NCBI RefSeq assembly: GCF_004210375.1
Contig: NC_134837.1
Coordinates: forward strand, 230,441,567-230,505,566
From: Tachypleus tridentatus
Taxonomy: Eukaryota
Reading direction: 5' to 3'
Length of the DNA: 64,000 nucleotides
Part shown: in pieces, positions 1 through 14,077 of the stretch
How the letters are laid out: each line of letters starts with the position of its first letter
Numbering within the stretch: position 1 is the first letter of the stretch
The notes under the pieces: generated by a model
What the model was told of the DNA's origin: nothing
Seen by the model: the letters and a program-made list of their open reading frames with translations, nothing else
Databases searched by the model: none
Program-made: the position numbers and the translations under genes

Positions 1-1179
1 AATCAACAAATGTGATGACATGGCCTCTGACTCCTGACCTGTAGCAAAAGGGTTAATAAATTAAAAACAAAAGTTGTCCACAGTTATATTAATTATTTGT
101 TTTGAATAGTCCATGAACAAATTAATTTTTATGTGAAGATTAAAAATATTTTTCCTTTTTCAAAAGCTCCCCATTGGCTCAGCAGACTTACAACGCTAAA
201 AACTGGGTTTCAATACCCATGGTGGGCAGAGCACAGATAGCCCATTGTGTAGTTTTGTGCTTAATTCAAAACAACAAACAACAACAACCTTTTTCAAAAA
301 TCTCAAATTTTGTGTGTGTAATCCCTAAAAACCTCCTAAATACAACACAAACAGTTTTCTTCAGTAAAGCTTTATATTTTATCTGTTATTTTTTCTGCCC
401 TAACTTTGTGTGGAATCAATTACTTTGATCAACCTTGTAACTACTGGAAAAAAATCTAAATAAATCTAAATTACTCTTTGTTTCTTTCTAGAATGACTAC
501 ACATTGTAACATGGAACTACATTTGTTTATCCCAAGTAGCTTTAAGTATACTTCTAGTTTTTGTTAAATTTTAATGTTTTATTGCCCAGTGAATTGTGTC
601 TGACTAGTATCTACACCATTATAAGTTGTATATTACTTGGGTCAAATGTTATGCTATCAAATTATATTACCCACAAGCTGTTCACTTTCATGCTTCATGA
701 AACATTTTATTACATTATTACTTATTTTACCTAATCCAATCCTAACTAAACTAAACATATTCTTATTTTTATATTTAGCTTTTATGATAATAAAAAAAAA
801 TAAACAGAAAAAAAAAAATAAAGTAGTTACCTAATCTTTTTTTCTTGCTGTTGGTTTTGGATGACTTAACCTTACTTTTTTGTACTAATGATAGTATTGC
901 ATTAAATAATTCACCAAATAATATAGACTGCAAACTTACAAAAGTACACACTTTCTCCTAATGCACAAAATTTTTCTGGCTTTCTAATTATGTGACAAGA
1001 TCTGTTACAAATTCATTAAAGCTACTCATTAACTTTGTCACTGGAATAAAGCTTGTACTCTGATTGAAGTTGATGATTCTCCAACCAGAACAAAAATCTT
1101 TAGTATTTCATTTAATAGATAAAAATCTTGACTTTATATTGGTTATAGATAGCATGTAAATAAATATAAGGTAGAACTA

Positions 1180-1600
1180 TTAACCAATCCTGAAAGAGAG
1201 GGCATGACAGATGAGCATGGCAGGACAGGATCTGATTTTTCTATTTGATAACTCTGTTACTATAACCAAACAAAATTGAAAGCTATAAAACCTTTGGTTT
1301 GTCTGAGCAGCAATGATTTTATAGTGAATAATTTGCATTTAATTTCATGCTTTTTGGAGGGTGATGGATCAAATACTGAAGAGAAGATGCCTGGAGAAAA
1401 TGTGTCACATTAGGGAAAATTCAGAATATTTAAAATTATTGCCTTGTAGAATTAAGAATATAAAGCTTATATACTATTGAAATATAGATTACTACTTAAG
1501 ATTTTATGCTATACTTATTGATATAACATGAAAGTTTGAATGTAAGACTCTAAAACTTTGTATCATGCTCAGAAAAGGATACATTGTAGAACAGGGTTAA
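1180..1600. repeat. Dispersed repeat family, copy 1 (intron upstream of exon 1)
   Basis: Direct nucleotide similarity of about 70% to 50221-50650 and, for its 3' half, to 48640-48990. Example: …ctgttactataaccaaacaaaattgaaagctataaaa… versus …ctgttactaaataagattgaaggctataaaa…. Confidence 0.6.
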
Positions 1601-1725
1601 TAGAATGTGATGAGTTATTCAATTTTTGAGCCAAAATAACATAGTTAAAGTTTGGTACTTCAAAATATTGAGTTCTATATGTGTACTAGGTAATCTTATA
1701 TTAACCATTGTTACATATTTTTCAG

Positions 1726-1944
1726 GTGGTTGTATTCCAGGTCTATAAAAATCCCCATAAGAAACCAGTGGAAGCCAAATACGTATTTCCTTTGGAAACT
1801 GGATCAGCAGTATGTGGATTTGAAGCTTACATCAACAACAAGCATGTTGTAGGGAAAGTGAAAAAGAAAGAGAAAGCTCATGAGGAATATAAAGAGGCTA
1901 TTAAAAAGGGGCATGGAGGTTATTTGATGGACCAGGAGACACCA
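1726..1944 (+). CDS. VWA5A: Coding exon 1 of those in the window, VIT domain of a VIT-vWA protein (translation VVVFQVYKNPHKKPVEAKYVFPLETGSAVCGFEAYINNKHVVGKVKKKEKAHEEYKEAIKKGHGGYLMDQETP)
   Basis: Acceptor ttttcag|GTG at 1724-1725 and donor CCA|gtgagt at 1945. The open frame is 219 bp, phase 0/0. It resembles the vertebrate VWA5A N-terminal VIT region (FVFP..SAV..FEA....K.....) as recalled. The upstream start-codon exon is not found in 1-1700. Confidence 0.8.
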
Positions 1945-4900
1945 GTGAGTGTGATGCTTTCTAAAGAAGTGAATAAATACTGTAATATTTACAAATAAAA
2001 CTGAAACCAACAACTGGTGCCTTTTTCTTCTCTATGAAGAGTTTCTCCTGATTTTTAGCTGATATACATTTTTTCAGATAATCTACTTAAGTGTCTAAGC
2101 TTCAATGAATCCCATGTTCTGAAACCTTTCTCTTGACCCTAAAATTGCATGGTTCTTCACATGTTCAAAATTATAGGAAAATTCAGTGCTAACTGTGTTT
2201 CAGCTATTAGGTTGCTCCTTATCCAAGTTCTTTATAATGTCTGGCACTGAACCTTCCAAATTCAGACCTTGCATAAACTCTCCTTCAATTGAATGATTAG
2301 AGAAGACAATATGCCTTAAATATTCTCCTTTGATATATCTTTAAACATTGGTGAGTTAACCATCTTCATTTCATCACCATTTGGAAACATTGTTGCAAAC
2401 ATTTACCTTCTGTCATTATTTATTGCTCTGTAACTGTGTTGCTGCCGATATTTGAGGAGGTCATATCTTTCAGATTTCTGCTGACACACATCCTGATAAA
2501 CATTGTGTCTCTGACTGATTTAAGTGCATAATGCTGTGATGTGTAAGGGTCTGCATGTTTTATGTTGATTTACTTTCAGCTCAGCTACTAATTGCAATCT
2601 CAAATCATTGTCAGTGGGCCTTGCTGGCTGCTTTATGTGGTAGTGCTGTAGCTCTTCCTGCATGTCCCACTGTATCAAAAATGACCATGACTCATACTTT
2701 ACTATGTCTGTGCTAATTGATGAGCATATAGGCATCCCATAGAAACCATCTACTACTATATTTTTATACATGTGAAAGGAAACCAGTAAATGTAATACTT
2801 AGTTATCATCTGGTGTTTACCTCAGTTGGCTTTCAAGCTCTTGGTTCTAAGGATAGATCTGTAATGTACATGTAGTTTTCACCATTCAAGGTTTAGGAGA
2901 AGGCTCTTTAAGTTCTTGCAGATTGTGTCCTGGAGCTTTTTTTTCTGTCCATCGTAAGATCTACTTTGTCTTGAGAAAACATATTTTGTAATCAAGCTTA
3001 CAAATTTAACATCAAAAACAGAATCAAACTGAACAAAGTGCATTCAAATTAAACTCTGCAAAACTAAATCTTGGTCATGACACCAAAATTGTAATATAAT
3101 CTTTGGTATTTCATTTAAAAGTATAACAACAGTAGGTATTAAGTTTGCAAGATAGGAATTTGGAGAAATGCCTGCACATAATACATTTAAATAGACAGCA
3201 ACAAAGAGACCCAAAAATAATTATACAAATAAAAATAAAATATTTAATTAAAGGGTACTTCAAAATCAAGATGTGATAGGGTCTTACTTATTGCTCCAAA
3301 TTCATTTAATCTTCTCTGATAGCTGGAGTTGAAAAAATTTATGTCTCTGACTTAGAGAGCAAAATAACTAAAGAATTTGTGCTTACTATGCTTTAAATTA
3401 AAGTTTTATGTTATATATGCTTTTGAAAGAAGATTGAATATAACTAAAAATTCAAGTGTTAACTTATATTCTAGCAATAGTGCTTTGAATTTTGGTATGT
3501 ACCTATTATGAAGCTGGCACAAGCTTTTCTTAGTTGTGATATACAAATTTAATGTTTTGAAAAATTATGAAAGCTACCTAGTCACATGAGCTGTAACCTC
3601 ATAATCTAACCACTTAATAAAAACCATGGTTTATGTTTAACTAAGTTAATTCATGAGATATAGTTAAAATATATTATTTCTGGTTGTTATTGGACTTGTA
3701 TTTATTCAAATTTTGAATATTATGTTTTATTGAAATTAGATTATTTCTCCTTCTGGTTCGTTTTTATTATTCCTTTTTTATTTAAATATTTACTATAACA
3801 CTAATTCCTGCTTGTTTTAGTCCCTTACAAACTCCGATCTTCTATTAACTTGTGTAGACCATTACATTACTCCTTCTTTTTGGTATGACTAACATCGCAT
3901 TGAAGAGATGATAGAAGTGGCCTAGTGAGTGTGTAACTCTGGAGTAATCATTGTGGTAAATAATTTTAGAAGAGGATTAATACAAGCTTATGACTAGTTG
4001 CATCCTATTCACAAGGATGTTAACTGAATGCTGAACCTAAATGAAAATTAAAAAAAAAAATCTATATACCCTTATAAAAATACATTCTTATTTTAGTTTT
4101 GGAATGATAAAATCTGACAGGTTTTAACTTTTATACTTTTAAAATTAAAATTTTCTGCTTATAGTGCATGTAGGACTAATTTTGTAATAGGGGACACCAG
4201 TATATTTTTCTTTCTCAAAATATATGTAGGATGCATTTTTATATCTTCCAGTTGAATGTTACATAACGTTTGGGAATAACAAGAAGCCTTTTGATTTATT
4301 GAGGCTGTCTTCTTCTCTAAAGTAAATAAATCCAAAAAATACAAGCTCAGATAAGTTCCTTATCATTTAAATATTTATAAAGTCTTCCATTATTGTATCC
4401 ACATCTGAAGTCTGTCTATCCTGTTAGAAAAGTAAAACTGTCCTAGCTGAAGATAACTTCTAAGACAACTGCAAAAATTTATATTACCATTCTTGCCATT
4501 AAGCATAAAAAAAAGGATAATGTATTAACATTGTTGATTCCCTTAATAATCTTAAACACCTCAATCAGATCCTCTTTAACTCTTCTTATTTTTAAGTGAA
4601 AAACAGTTTTAGAGATTTTGACCTGTTCTTGTATGAGAACCTTTCCTTTCAGGTATTATTCTAATAGCCCTTTTTTGAACCCTTTCCAACAATCCAATAT
4701 TCTCCTTAAGTTAAGGAGCAGAAAATTTAATACAGTACACTTCATAAGACTAACCAGTAACCTTTGCCATAAAATCACAATCTCTTTAGACTTGCATTGA
4801 ATATTTCTGTAAGTACAACCTAAAATCTTATTTGTCCTACCTCTAGCAATAGCAGATTGATTGGATGGACTAGACTGTTCAACAAGAACACCAATATAGT

Positions 4901-5112
4901 TTGTTTTCTATCTTTAAGCTATTTTTGTTAAAATTTTACTTATAATTGTGAGTTTATTAAAAATTTATTAATTTATGTATGTGGTCTTCATAGCTCATTT
5001 TTTCCCAAAAACACTATGTATAATTGTTAATTTGAAATAAATGTTCTTATTTTATCTATCACGTTAGATTTGAATCAGGCTTTCAGTTTTGTTTTGTTTT
5101 TTCCATACCCAG

Positions 5113-5277
5113 GACATATTTACTGTGAGTGTGGGAAACCTTCCGTCCAACTGTACTGCTATTATCAAAATAACCTATGTGACTGAAATAGCCATGGAAG
5201 GAGATTTAATTTGTTTTTCTGTGCCTTCCTCAGTAGCTTTAGGAATAAAGGACAGTGCACTACAACACACAACTCAG
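5113..5277 (+). CDS. VWA5A: Coding exon 2, VIT domain continuation (DIFTVSVGNLPSNCTAIIKITYVTEIAMEGDLICFSVPSSVALGIKDSALQHTTQ)
   Basis: Acceptor cccag|GAC at 5111-5112 and donor CAG|gtatta at 5278. It is 165 bp, phase 0. The motif DVF..NVGNL......V.L.Y..E matches VWA5A-like VIT. Confidence 0.8.
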
Positions 5278-7785
5278 GTATTATACAACTTGTTTGTACC
5301 TAAATGCTATTAGATGAGTTCTTGTAATTGTAGTGCAGGTTAAAGTGCATTGCCATGTTAGGGAAATCTGTATATTAGAAATAATAAAACAGGTATTCTC
5401 TTATTGTCAGTTTTCTGACAAAATAGCTATAATGGTGGTGTGTTTTTACAATTTTGTTTGTGTAACTAGTTCTTAGGGTGAGGCTTCTTGAGATGGATGT
5501 TTGAATAATGGTTGAACTCTTAGAATGCATCAAGTAGCTATATCCACATTGAAATTTATAGCCATTTGATGCAACAGGTGGATTTACTTTATGGCTTAAT
5601 GAGAGATTTGAAAAGATCAAATTCTTAATTTCACTTTTTGGTCAATAACTCACACTTTTCAGGAGCCACCCTGATATGTTTTATACACCAAAGGGTTGAA
5701 ATGGACTGTGTAAATGAATGTTTTGATACATGTTGTGAATATTTGTGTTATTGGTATTACATTATTGATTTTTAAGTGTTCTTTTTTTAAAAAAATTGTG
5801 TTATATTTTATATGTATAATAGAATTTCTCATAAGAATTTAATTCCAAATGTTTTTAGATTGTTCTTCTAAGCATATGCTGTGGGTATTTGTTTAATTTT
5901 ATTTATAATATGTTTTTAAGTACACTATGTTTAAATGAAATTATAGCATTTGGCAGTTAATTACAGAAATTGCACAGCAGATGGTCAGTTTTTTTCCCCC
6001 TCATGTATATTAATGTTTTTATGGTGAGTTGAAAGGTGTATAATATATGGTTTAATATAGTGAAAACTCTGAAGAAGGATTTATGTCAGAGGTTTTATTT
6101 GTTAATGTTTCCCTTTTCTTTTATACACATTACAATAGAAATCTTCATTGTGAATAAACATTTATTGTGTCAATGTGTTCCATATCTTTTGAACATTCTA
6201 CAATAACATTTGGAAACATGATTCACTGTGTACTTTGAAATAAAGTTTCTCACTGCTCATCGACAAAAATAACAAAACTATCATTAACTAATTAGTTTGT
6301 GGATGTAGTCCTGTTGTAGTGTCTTAAGCCTAAGTGTGTTACTATATATATTTTGTCAGAATAGTTAGCCTTTTTAAAAGAGTGGAATTTGTTGTTGGAA
6401 GATAATCAATTAACCAAGTAAGAAACAATAAACTATAGTGCTGTTTACTTCAAGTGTACATTATACACTGTACGGTATTTAAGATTATTTCCAAAATCAT
6501 ACCGAACTTGAAATATTGTAACTTAACATAATTTAGTAGCAGATGTTAACACACTGAGTTTTAATGTGCTCTTTTAACAACATTTGGCACCTGAGTATAT
6601 CATTTTTAATACATTTCAAATGCAAATAATTCCATTAAAACATTTTGATTAATATTTAAATGTAGCAATTTAGCAAAAAAAAATTTTTTTTGTACAAAAA
6701 CAACAATAACAACATTGACAAGTTTATAATAAAATATACATCATTGAAGCTTTGATGTTAAAGAACACCTAATTGACATTTATAAGAAAAACACTTGGAG
6801 AAGTGTAGTAGTAGAACATTTTTTGAAGGAATATGAGCAACATTCAGAATCAGTGGAATGGTCTTTATGGATAGTGAGCATAAAGAACCCTAATGATTGA
6901 AAAAACTATGAAAATAGAATTATGTGAAGAGGGAGTTGGTCTCTATAACTCATGTTTATGAAAATTGTTTAAAATTATGTATTACTGTTATATATTTCCA
7001 TTAATCTTATGGTTTGAATATATATATTTTTTTCTCTGAATTATTATCAGAAGTTCTGTGTACATTTTATTTTTGAATAGAATGACCTTGTAGACACATT
7101 AATATTTAAATAACATCTATTTTAGTATGCATTTGTTTTTATAGTTTTACATAGCTTTACTTTTCTGTTTTCTGGTTTGAAGCTTCTAAACTTTCAGTGA
7201 AAGAGTATTATTATACTATCACTTTAATATTTGTATTTAGGGTGTGTTCATGGAAGGAGTCAATACTAGTTGTCCAAGTGGCATATTTGGTTTTGTTTCT
7301 AAACATGTTTAAGTCTATACATCACTCTCTGTAGACTGTGTCTGTATTGAAGCAATACAGCAAAATCTTGGACAGTAATAAATTAATAATTTGTGTCAGA
7401 AAGTTGCTTTTTATGTGTAGTGAAAAATGTGCTTTTGTTTCAGTTTATAATTTGATAATACTTTTTAATGCATCTTTTTCAACAAATTAAAGCAAGAATT
7501 TTTAATGGAACATATTTTGTGTTTTTTGTTATGTTAATGTATACCTTGTATTTCTAACACATTACAACAGAAGTTTGTGATTTAGATCTCACGTAGCTTT
7601 CACAAAGATTTAATATTTATCATTTCTTTTAACAGTGATAACCAAAAACATTTACTAGTTTGTTATAAAATTTACATAGCAATTTTTCTGTGTTCATGTA
7701 TACCTTATTTTTTCAATAGACAACAAAATAACTGTTCAAATTTTGTTCTGGTTTTAGTGTTTTAATGTTCAATTTTTTTTTTCAG

Positions 7786-7905
7786 ACTACAACAGAGACA
7801 GTTGATATAGAGAATTTACATGGAAAATTCAGTTTACAAATGTGTATTGAAATGCCATTTCTTATTCAAACAATTCAATCTCCTACCCACAAAATAAAGA
7901 TAAAG
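7786..7905 (+). CDS. VWA5A: Coding exon 3 (TTTETVDIENLHGKFSLQMCIEMPFLIQTIQSPTHKIKIK)
   Basis: Polypyrimidine tract plus acceptor ttttttttttcag|ACT and donor AAG|gtaagt at 7906. It is 120 bp, phase 0. Confidence 0.75.
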
Positions 7906-8063
7906 GTAAGTTTACAACTTTTAGAATATAATGAATAGCCCCATTTTTCAAAATATAACTATGCTGTGTACTTACTTAAGATGTCTAAAAGCTGATTAAC
8001 AAAATAAAAAATAAGTTATTACTGTTTGTTATATAGATCTTGTTATGGTTATTTGCATTTTAG

Positions 8064-8198
8064 AAAACTGAAACCAAGGCAGTTGTAGCAGTAGAAGAAT
8101 GCAACATGCTTAATGTAGATTTCAACTTGCTTATAGGACTAGCTGAGGTTCACGTGCCAAGAATGTGGGTAGAAAGACATCCTGAAGAAGAGAGCCAA
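8064..8198 (+). CDS. VWA5A: Coding exon 4 (KTETKAVVAVEECNMLNVDFNLLIGLAEVHVPRMWVERHPEEESQ)
   Basis: Acceptor ttttag|AAA at 8062-8063 and donor CAA|gtaaaa at 8199. It is 135 bp, phase 0. Confidence 0.75.
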
Positions 8199-9899
8199 GT
8201 AAAATTACTAAAAATTCTATTTGTTATAGTTAGTGATAAAACAGTTCAAATCAACATACTTATTGAAAGGTAATAACACCAGCACTGTTGAGACATGAAA
8301 AGCTCTTTCCTATGACAAAAAAAAAAAAAAAAATCAGTTTCATGGAGATTTAAATGGTGACATGATAAATGACAGAAAATATTTATTACAGTGAATGTTA
8401 CTCTGTTTGTTAGAGAAAGATGTGAAGGCAATAAAGAAATAAACCATGTTAAAAATAAATAATTTAATACTTGTTATTTTCTTGGTGGCTTTTTAACCCC
8501 CTTTTTTAGTAAAGTAAGAAACAAGCATAAGAAAACAGAAAAATGCAGAGGTAATATGAGAAGAAAGAAATTAGGATGTTGGAGCTAAACCACTTTAAAA
8601 AACCTTTAGTTTTATTTGTTATTGTTTTTTGTTTTTTTTTATCATGAGCAAATGTTGTTTTTAAGCCAGAAACAAGCCATATTGAAGAATATATGAAAAG
8701 TGACAGTTGTTACCTGTGCATGATTTGTTTTGTATATTTGCTATATTTATCAAGTATGTCATATGGATATGCTTGTCAAATATTACTTAAGAATCTATTA
8801 AACTGTGTATCCTTGCTACTAAACCCTTAAATTTTCTCTTAATTATTTGTTAATAAAGCTTCAACACATATTTAGATAACAGGAACCTTAACTATCTTCA
8901 GGCACTTTTCCAGAAACATTTCTGTGTTTGCTACTTTCTTCTTGACTCTTTTAAAAGCTAAATGTGTCCTGTAATAAATATTAATTAGTACTAAATAATT
9001 TTCATGTTGTCTACATAGGTTATCTGTAATAGTCCATGAACAGTTCTATCCTTACCACTTTGCAAATAATCCTAAACAATCTATTTAAATGTTGTATTTA
9101 GAGAGTTAAGTACATTAAATACAGTCTACATTACCATGCCCAGTCATGCTTTATCCGATAGCCTGTTTTGGGTGCTGATTGCTTATTTACAGCTTTGGTT
9201 TGATGTTAAAATACAAATTTTGCTCATGTTAAGTTTTTGAACTAGGTTTAATAAAAGAAAGCTGAGATCAGTCACTGTTTTTTGGTTTTTTTTGTATATT
9301 AGGTTTCAGAATAATTTTAATAAGGCTATTAATCTTTTGAATAGATTTCACTCTTTGAACATAAGAGATAGGCCAAATATGGTAAAATTTGTGAATTTAA
9401 ACAAATGTTGAAAAAAGATACTTGTGAGATAACAAGCTTTTCTCACCAGTGAGACAAGATTACATACAACAATCAAAGTACAAATAAATTCCATTTGTAA
9501 ATACATCCAGTTAAATGATTATTTTTATGATTATACTAACTCTGTATGAGTTTTTATGTAATTCATTTAATTTGAACTTATTTCTGCCTTGAATGTTGTA
9601 CATGATAGTGTCTCACAATTGGATATAATGATCTGTAGGAATATAACTGGTATTTCACAAGAAGCTGTTTCAAAATTTTTTATGTTTGAGAACTAACTGC
9701 TTACTTAAAAAGATGAAAAAATTCTTAGACATGAGCTTCCAAGATAGTGTAAGGAAAATAGTAGCTCTTTCTAAGTGATGTTAACATTTGTGATAATTCT
9801 AATGAGCATAAACATAATTTAAATAATCATATGAAATTAATTTAGCATTACTGTCTGATACTCAGCCTAAGATGGCCTATGCTTCTTGCCATTTGGTGA

Positions 9900-10300
9900 A
9901 CTAGTTCATTACAACCAGAATGTTTTTATTCTCACTGTTACAAATGGTGTTCCAAGACAGCACTGTTATAGCTGCCCATACTGTTTCTTTCCTGAATTGT
10001 TTTGCTCACACTGTAGTTCACACAATTTACACCATTTGTTTCTCCACAAATCTCTGATACCCAAGCCAGTTGTTGTCAAGCTGTTGGATGGTTGTGAATG
10101 TAACAGAGTTCTTTGGAATGTAGAGGTTGTGGAAGTATCAACTGTTCTCCTTGTTCCTTTCTACTGGTATTTTCCCAACTTTGATGAAAAATTACTTCTT
10201 GTAGGCCTAATGAACCCCTTGCCCTCAGTACACCCTTGTCTTCAAGCTGTATGGAGCAATTGTTTGCCATATGGGTTTTTCTCCACATTTTTTGCTCCAT
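9900..10300 (-). mobile_element. mariner-like transposase C-terminal fragment (fossil)
   Basis: Minus-strand translation …QEVIFHQSWENTSRKEQGEQLILPQPLHSKEL… resembles the mariner C-terminus (VIFHHDNARPH…VLPHPPYSPDL). It has stops and frameshifts. Confidence 0.35.
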
Positions 10301-10962
10301 TGAATAGTTGGTTTTGGAGTTGTATCTTTAGCCCAGTGCTACAACTTGGATTATGATCTATCAGGATGTTCATTTTTACTATCTATTACTTCCCTGTTTT
10401 TATAGTGTTTTTAATCTTCATTAACACACGGTCTTTTTTGAATTGTCTGTGTGATTCATTTTGGTAATTACAGAGGATAAGAATTCAGATCTTGTTTTAT
10501 TCAGGAAATGTGCTTTTTCTATAGTTATTAAGAGGATTTAAATCCATTTTAATGTGTCAACAATTGTTAGTATCAGATGTTACAAATTCAAGTAGACTGT
10601 TGTTCAGTATTTTTGAGTGAACTGTAGAATTCATATGGTTATTCAAATCCTGTAAAAGTCATGGAATTTTAAAATTATGTTTTCAGGTTTGGAAATACTA
10701 GTAAAAATGGGTTTTTAATACAAGTCATGGAAAAAATGGGGTTTTAACATAAAAGTAATGAATTTTTGTGTTGTTAGTAAAAGGTATTCTGCATTTCTAG
10801 TTCCAAATATGTCTAAAATAAAATTACTTCTTTATTAAATATTTGTCGTGTGTCATTCTCACACCTCATGATCTTTCTGTAGTCTGAAGTTGCTTAAGCT
10901 TGATTGGCTAATGATCTGACAATGTAGGTTCAGTTGAGATAGCTATATTGTTTGTCAGTCAG

Positions 10963-10976
10963 ACACACACACACAC
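10963..10976. repeat. (CA)7 microsatellite
   Basis: acacacacacacac seen directly. Confidence 0.9.
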
Positions 10977-12231
10977 ATTGTTGATGTTGAATTGACTTGC
11001 ATTTCAATATGTAAAGAATGATGTTACAACTGAAGTGTGACAAAGAAAAGGTGCCTGGAAGGTGCAGTTTCAAAAAAATGCTGGGTGTCACACCCAGCTC
11101 AACTTACAAAGGTGACAGTAGCAGAGCAAAATGTTTGTACTGTCAAGAATCATTTGATGACTAACATAAGAGAAGTAGTTGGTAAAAGTTAAATGAGAAC
11201 CAATAAGCACATTAATCAAGCAAAGGAATAAGAAGCGATATTGAAAACAACAGGCTTCAGTTACAATCAGTCAGTGTCAGTGGATACTACAGCTGCTGTA
11301 CTAGAAAAATTCCATGACAAAGCCTAACACTGCCAGTTTTATATCACAACTGAACACATTAAAAGCTGAAATACTGTGAACATTAAATGCTTTTCAAAAC
11401 CACCACTGTTACTGCTCTAATGGAAGGGGTTACAGAAACATTTCATGTGATGAGAGAAAAAAAGGTATATTTTTACAGTTTCACATTGGAACCTTACTTT
11501 TCAACCCTGTTAAGAAAACAACTGAATAAGGAATTGGAAACTCCTTGATCAGCTGTGGAAACATTTTATGGATGCTGATGAAACCTCCTTCATAAAGTTG
11601 TGAAATTTGACTACACATTCTTCTTGGTGCATTCAAGACAGAAATAACAGAATCAGCCTAGCACCTTGATTAATTCTTCTAGAGCTGTTACTGGATATTC
11701 ATTGACCCTCCAGCTAGATGGAAAGACTTTACATCAGTTACAGTCTCCAGTATCTTCCCACTCAGGTTTTATAAGAACAAATGACTTGAAAACATTCCTG
11801 AAGCTATAAAAATTTTGCAGTGCCTTCCAAGCATAAAGAAATATGTATTAACAGTGCAAAAAAATTTTAAAGGACCCTAAAAATTATTTAAATAAGACCA
11901 TATCTGAAATGTTAAATGATCCTATGGTGGTATAGGTAAAGATCAATGTCTGTATCACTGTTGCATAAATCATAACACCATTTCTTGTCACTTATCAGAC
12001 AAACAGGCCAATGATGCCAATTCTAGCATCTGATATGTTCACTGTGTTGAAAAGTATTTTGTGTAAAGATGTCAAAAGCATGTTTTTAGAAAATCATGTA
12101 TCACACAGTATCACAAAGTTAGATGACAATGCAAATAACTTGAAGATGATACATAAAATTATTGGCTTTGTAACTGAGAGATTGATAAAGTAACTTCATT
12201 TATCCAGTGCTAAGAATTTGAGTGATAAACA

Positions 12232-12372
12232 ACATTCTTAGTTTGATATATGATGTTAAGAAATTTCAAAAAAACTCTCCAGTAAAATTTCATTTTATGA
12301 GACTTTTTTTTGATGTTAAGAACCTTCAAAAAACTCTCCAGTAAAATTTCATTTTATGAGACTTTTTCCATA
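12232..12372. repeat. Tandem duplication of a unit of about 66 bp, two copies
   Basis: tgatgttaagaa(a/c)(t/c)ttcaaaaaa(a)ctctccagtaaaatttcattttatgagactttttt is repeated head-to-tail. Confidence 0.85.
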
Positions 12373-14077
12373 TTTGGATCAAAGAGAAATTGTGAAAAGT
12401 AAAGCATCTTTGATTCAGAAATTTTATGGTATTTTAAAATTGCTGGTTGAGTTACAGAAAGTAAATGAACTTAAATGTGATGCCATTAAACTTAATTTGT
12501 AAACTTTACTGATGATGATGGTGTTCCTGAACATGAGCTAAGATTCATTGCCTTTGATTATAAAATTTAAACAAACAGAATTGACAACTTGAATTTTTGT
12601 TTCCACTGAAAAGTTTTGGTACATAGTGAAAGGATTGTTAATCCTATCTTATGTCCAAGCCTTGGTAGGGCAAGATTTTTCTTTGAACAAAGATGTGCCA
12701 ACTACATATGTAAAAAAGGACTTTTCTTGCAAAGGGAGTTGTACGTGATGACCTGGCATCAGTTGTATGTCCTCTGAAAGTTAATATAAGTAAATAATTG
12801 ATTATGTCAGTGTCATAAGCTAAAAGAAGTGCATGATGTATTTGGATGAACAGTAAAGAGAAAAAAGGAAATGCATAATGGATGAATTTAGGAGTTAAAA
12901 GATGAGAAAAGGACACTTGAAACTAATGCAGATGCTATCACAAAGGCAGCAGACAATTTTGCTCAGAAGGCAGAAAAACACAGAATGTGAAGGAATTGAG
13001 AATGTCAGTAGTAAAGGGGTAATAGTCATAGAAAGTCTACTAGACAAAGCCAACTGAGGTGGAAAGCTCTATACTGTAATAAACAGTAATCTGTCGGTAC
13101 TTGAACATTAGTATTAATGTTTGATATATATATTTGTTAAGATTTTGTGTTATATATGTGAGAAAATAGAATATCTTGTATGATAGAAATACAAAAGGAA
13201 ATGACAGGAAAAGTCAATAAATAATTGAAATGAGAGCAAAATGGTCATCTTAGACCTTAATATATTTCTTAGTTCATCTGTTCTTTTGCAAAATTCATTT
13301 ATTTTATAACTTCTAAATAGTAAAATTGTAAGATTGACTAACCTTAATAACTACAAGAATGAACCATGCATGGTATTACTATGTAAATAAATATCTTTAC
13401 ATATATTGCTTAATATTATATAAAAAGCAATAAAAAGAGCAAATGGAAATTTAATTCACATGTATTATGTGGTTTATTTATCTGGTATCTTGTCATTTAT
13501 TTTACTATCATTATTCTTCATGAAGTTGGTCCATTTTAGAGTAGCATGAAACTTAGTATAAACCAAAAAGATGTATCAGTATACCTTTAGTAATGAGTCT
13601 TTGAAATCTGACATTAATCCTTAAAATTTAGAAGAATTTCTTGTTTTGATGTGTGAATTAACCATTGATATAGTAAGTACAGTGTTTTGTTGCTTGCCAA
13701 GTGAAGATTATAATTCAATTTGTTATATTGAATGAACATTATAATTTGTTTGAGTAGGCTGAGTTTATGTTGTAATATCCTGATTGAGTTTTATAATTTG
13801 TTTTAGTATTCTGAGTGACTTTTACACATTGTAATTTGTTCATATGTGATGAATAAACATTCCAGATTTTTTTTGTGTGTACAGAATGAATGTGCTTTTC
13901 ACATGTCGAATAAACATTATGATATATTCTTATGAATGAATATTTTCTATTTTGGTGCTCTGAATGAACATTGTAACCTATTATGTTTACAAGTTACCAG
14001 ATATGAAGGAATAAATGTATAAATATTCTTCTTAAATGATTTTGTAAATTTAATATTCTTCGTGCTACTTTTACTAG

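Noticed and set aside
174-428. 84-aa ORF near the window start as a candidate first exon of the VIT-vWA gene
   Set aside because: It begins at TTG. The translation (…QQTYNAKNWVSIPMVGRAQIAHCVVL…) has no resemblance to a VIT N-terminus and no downstream donor in a compatible phase.
2520-2771. 83-aa minus-strand ORF in intron 1 as a possible nested gene
   Set aside because: No recognisable domain and no splice context. Length is consistent with chance in intronic sequence.
9886-10356. 156-aa + strand ORF from the track
   Set aside because: Low-complexity translation without recognisable domains. The opposite strand carries a mariner-like C-terminal fragment, so the long open frame is incidental.
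11080-12200. Possible BED-finger/hAT-like remnant (CLYCQESF… and downstream ORFs)
   Set aside because: Only a weak Cys pair and no ordered transposase motifs could be recognised by eye. Left unannotated.
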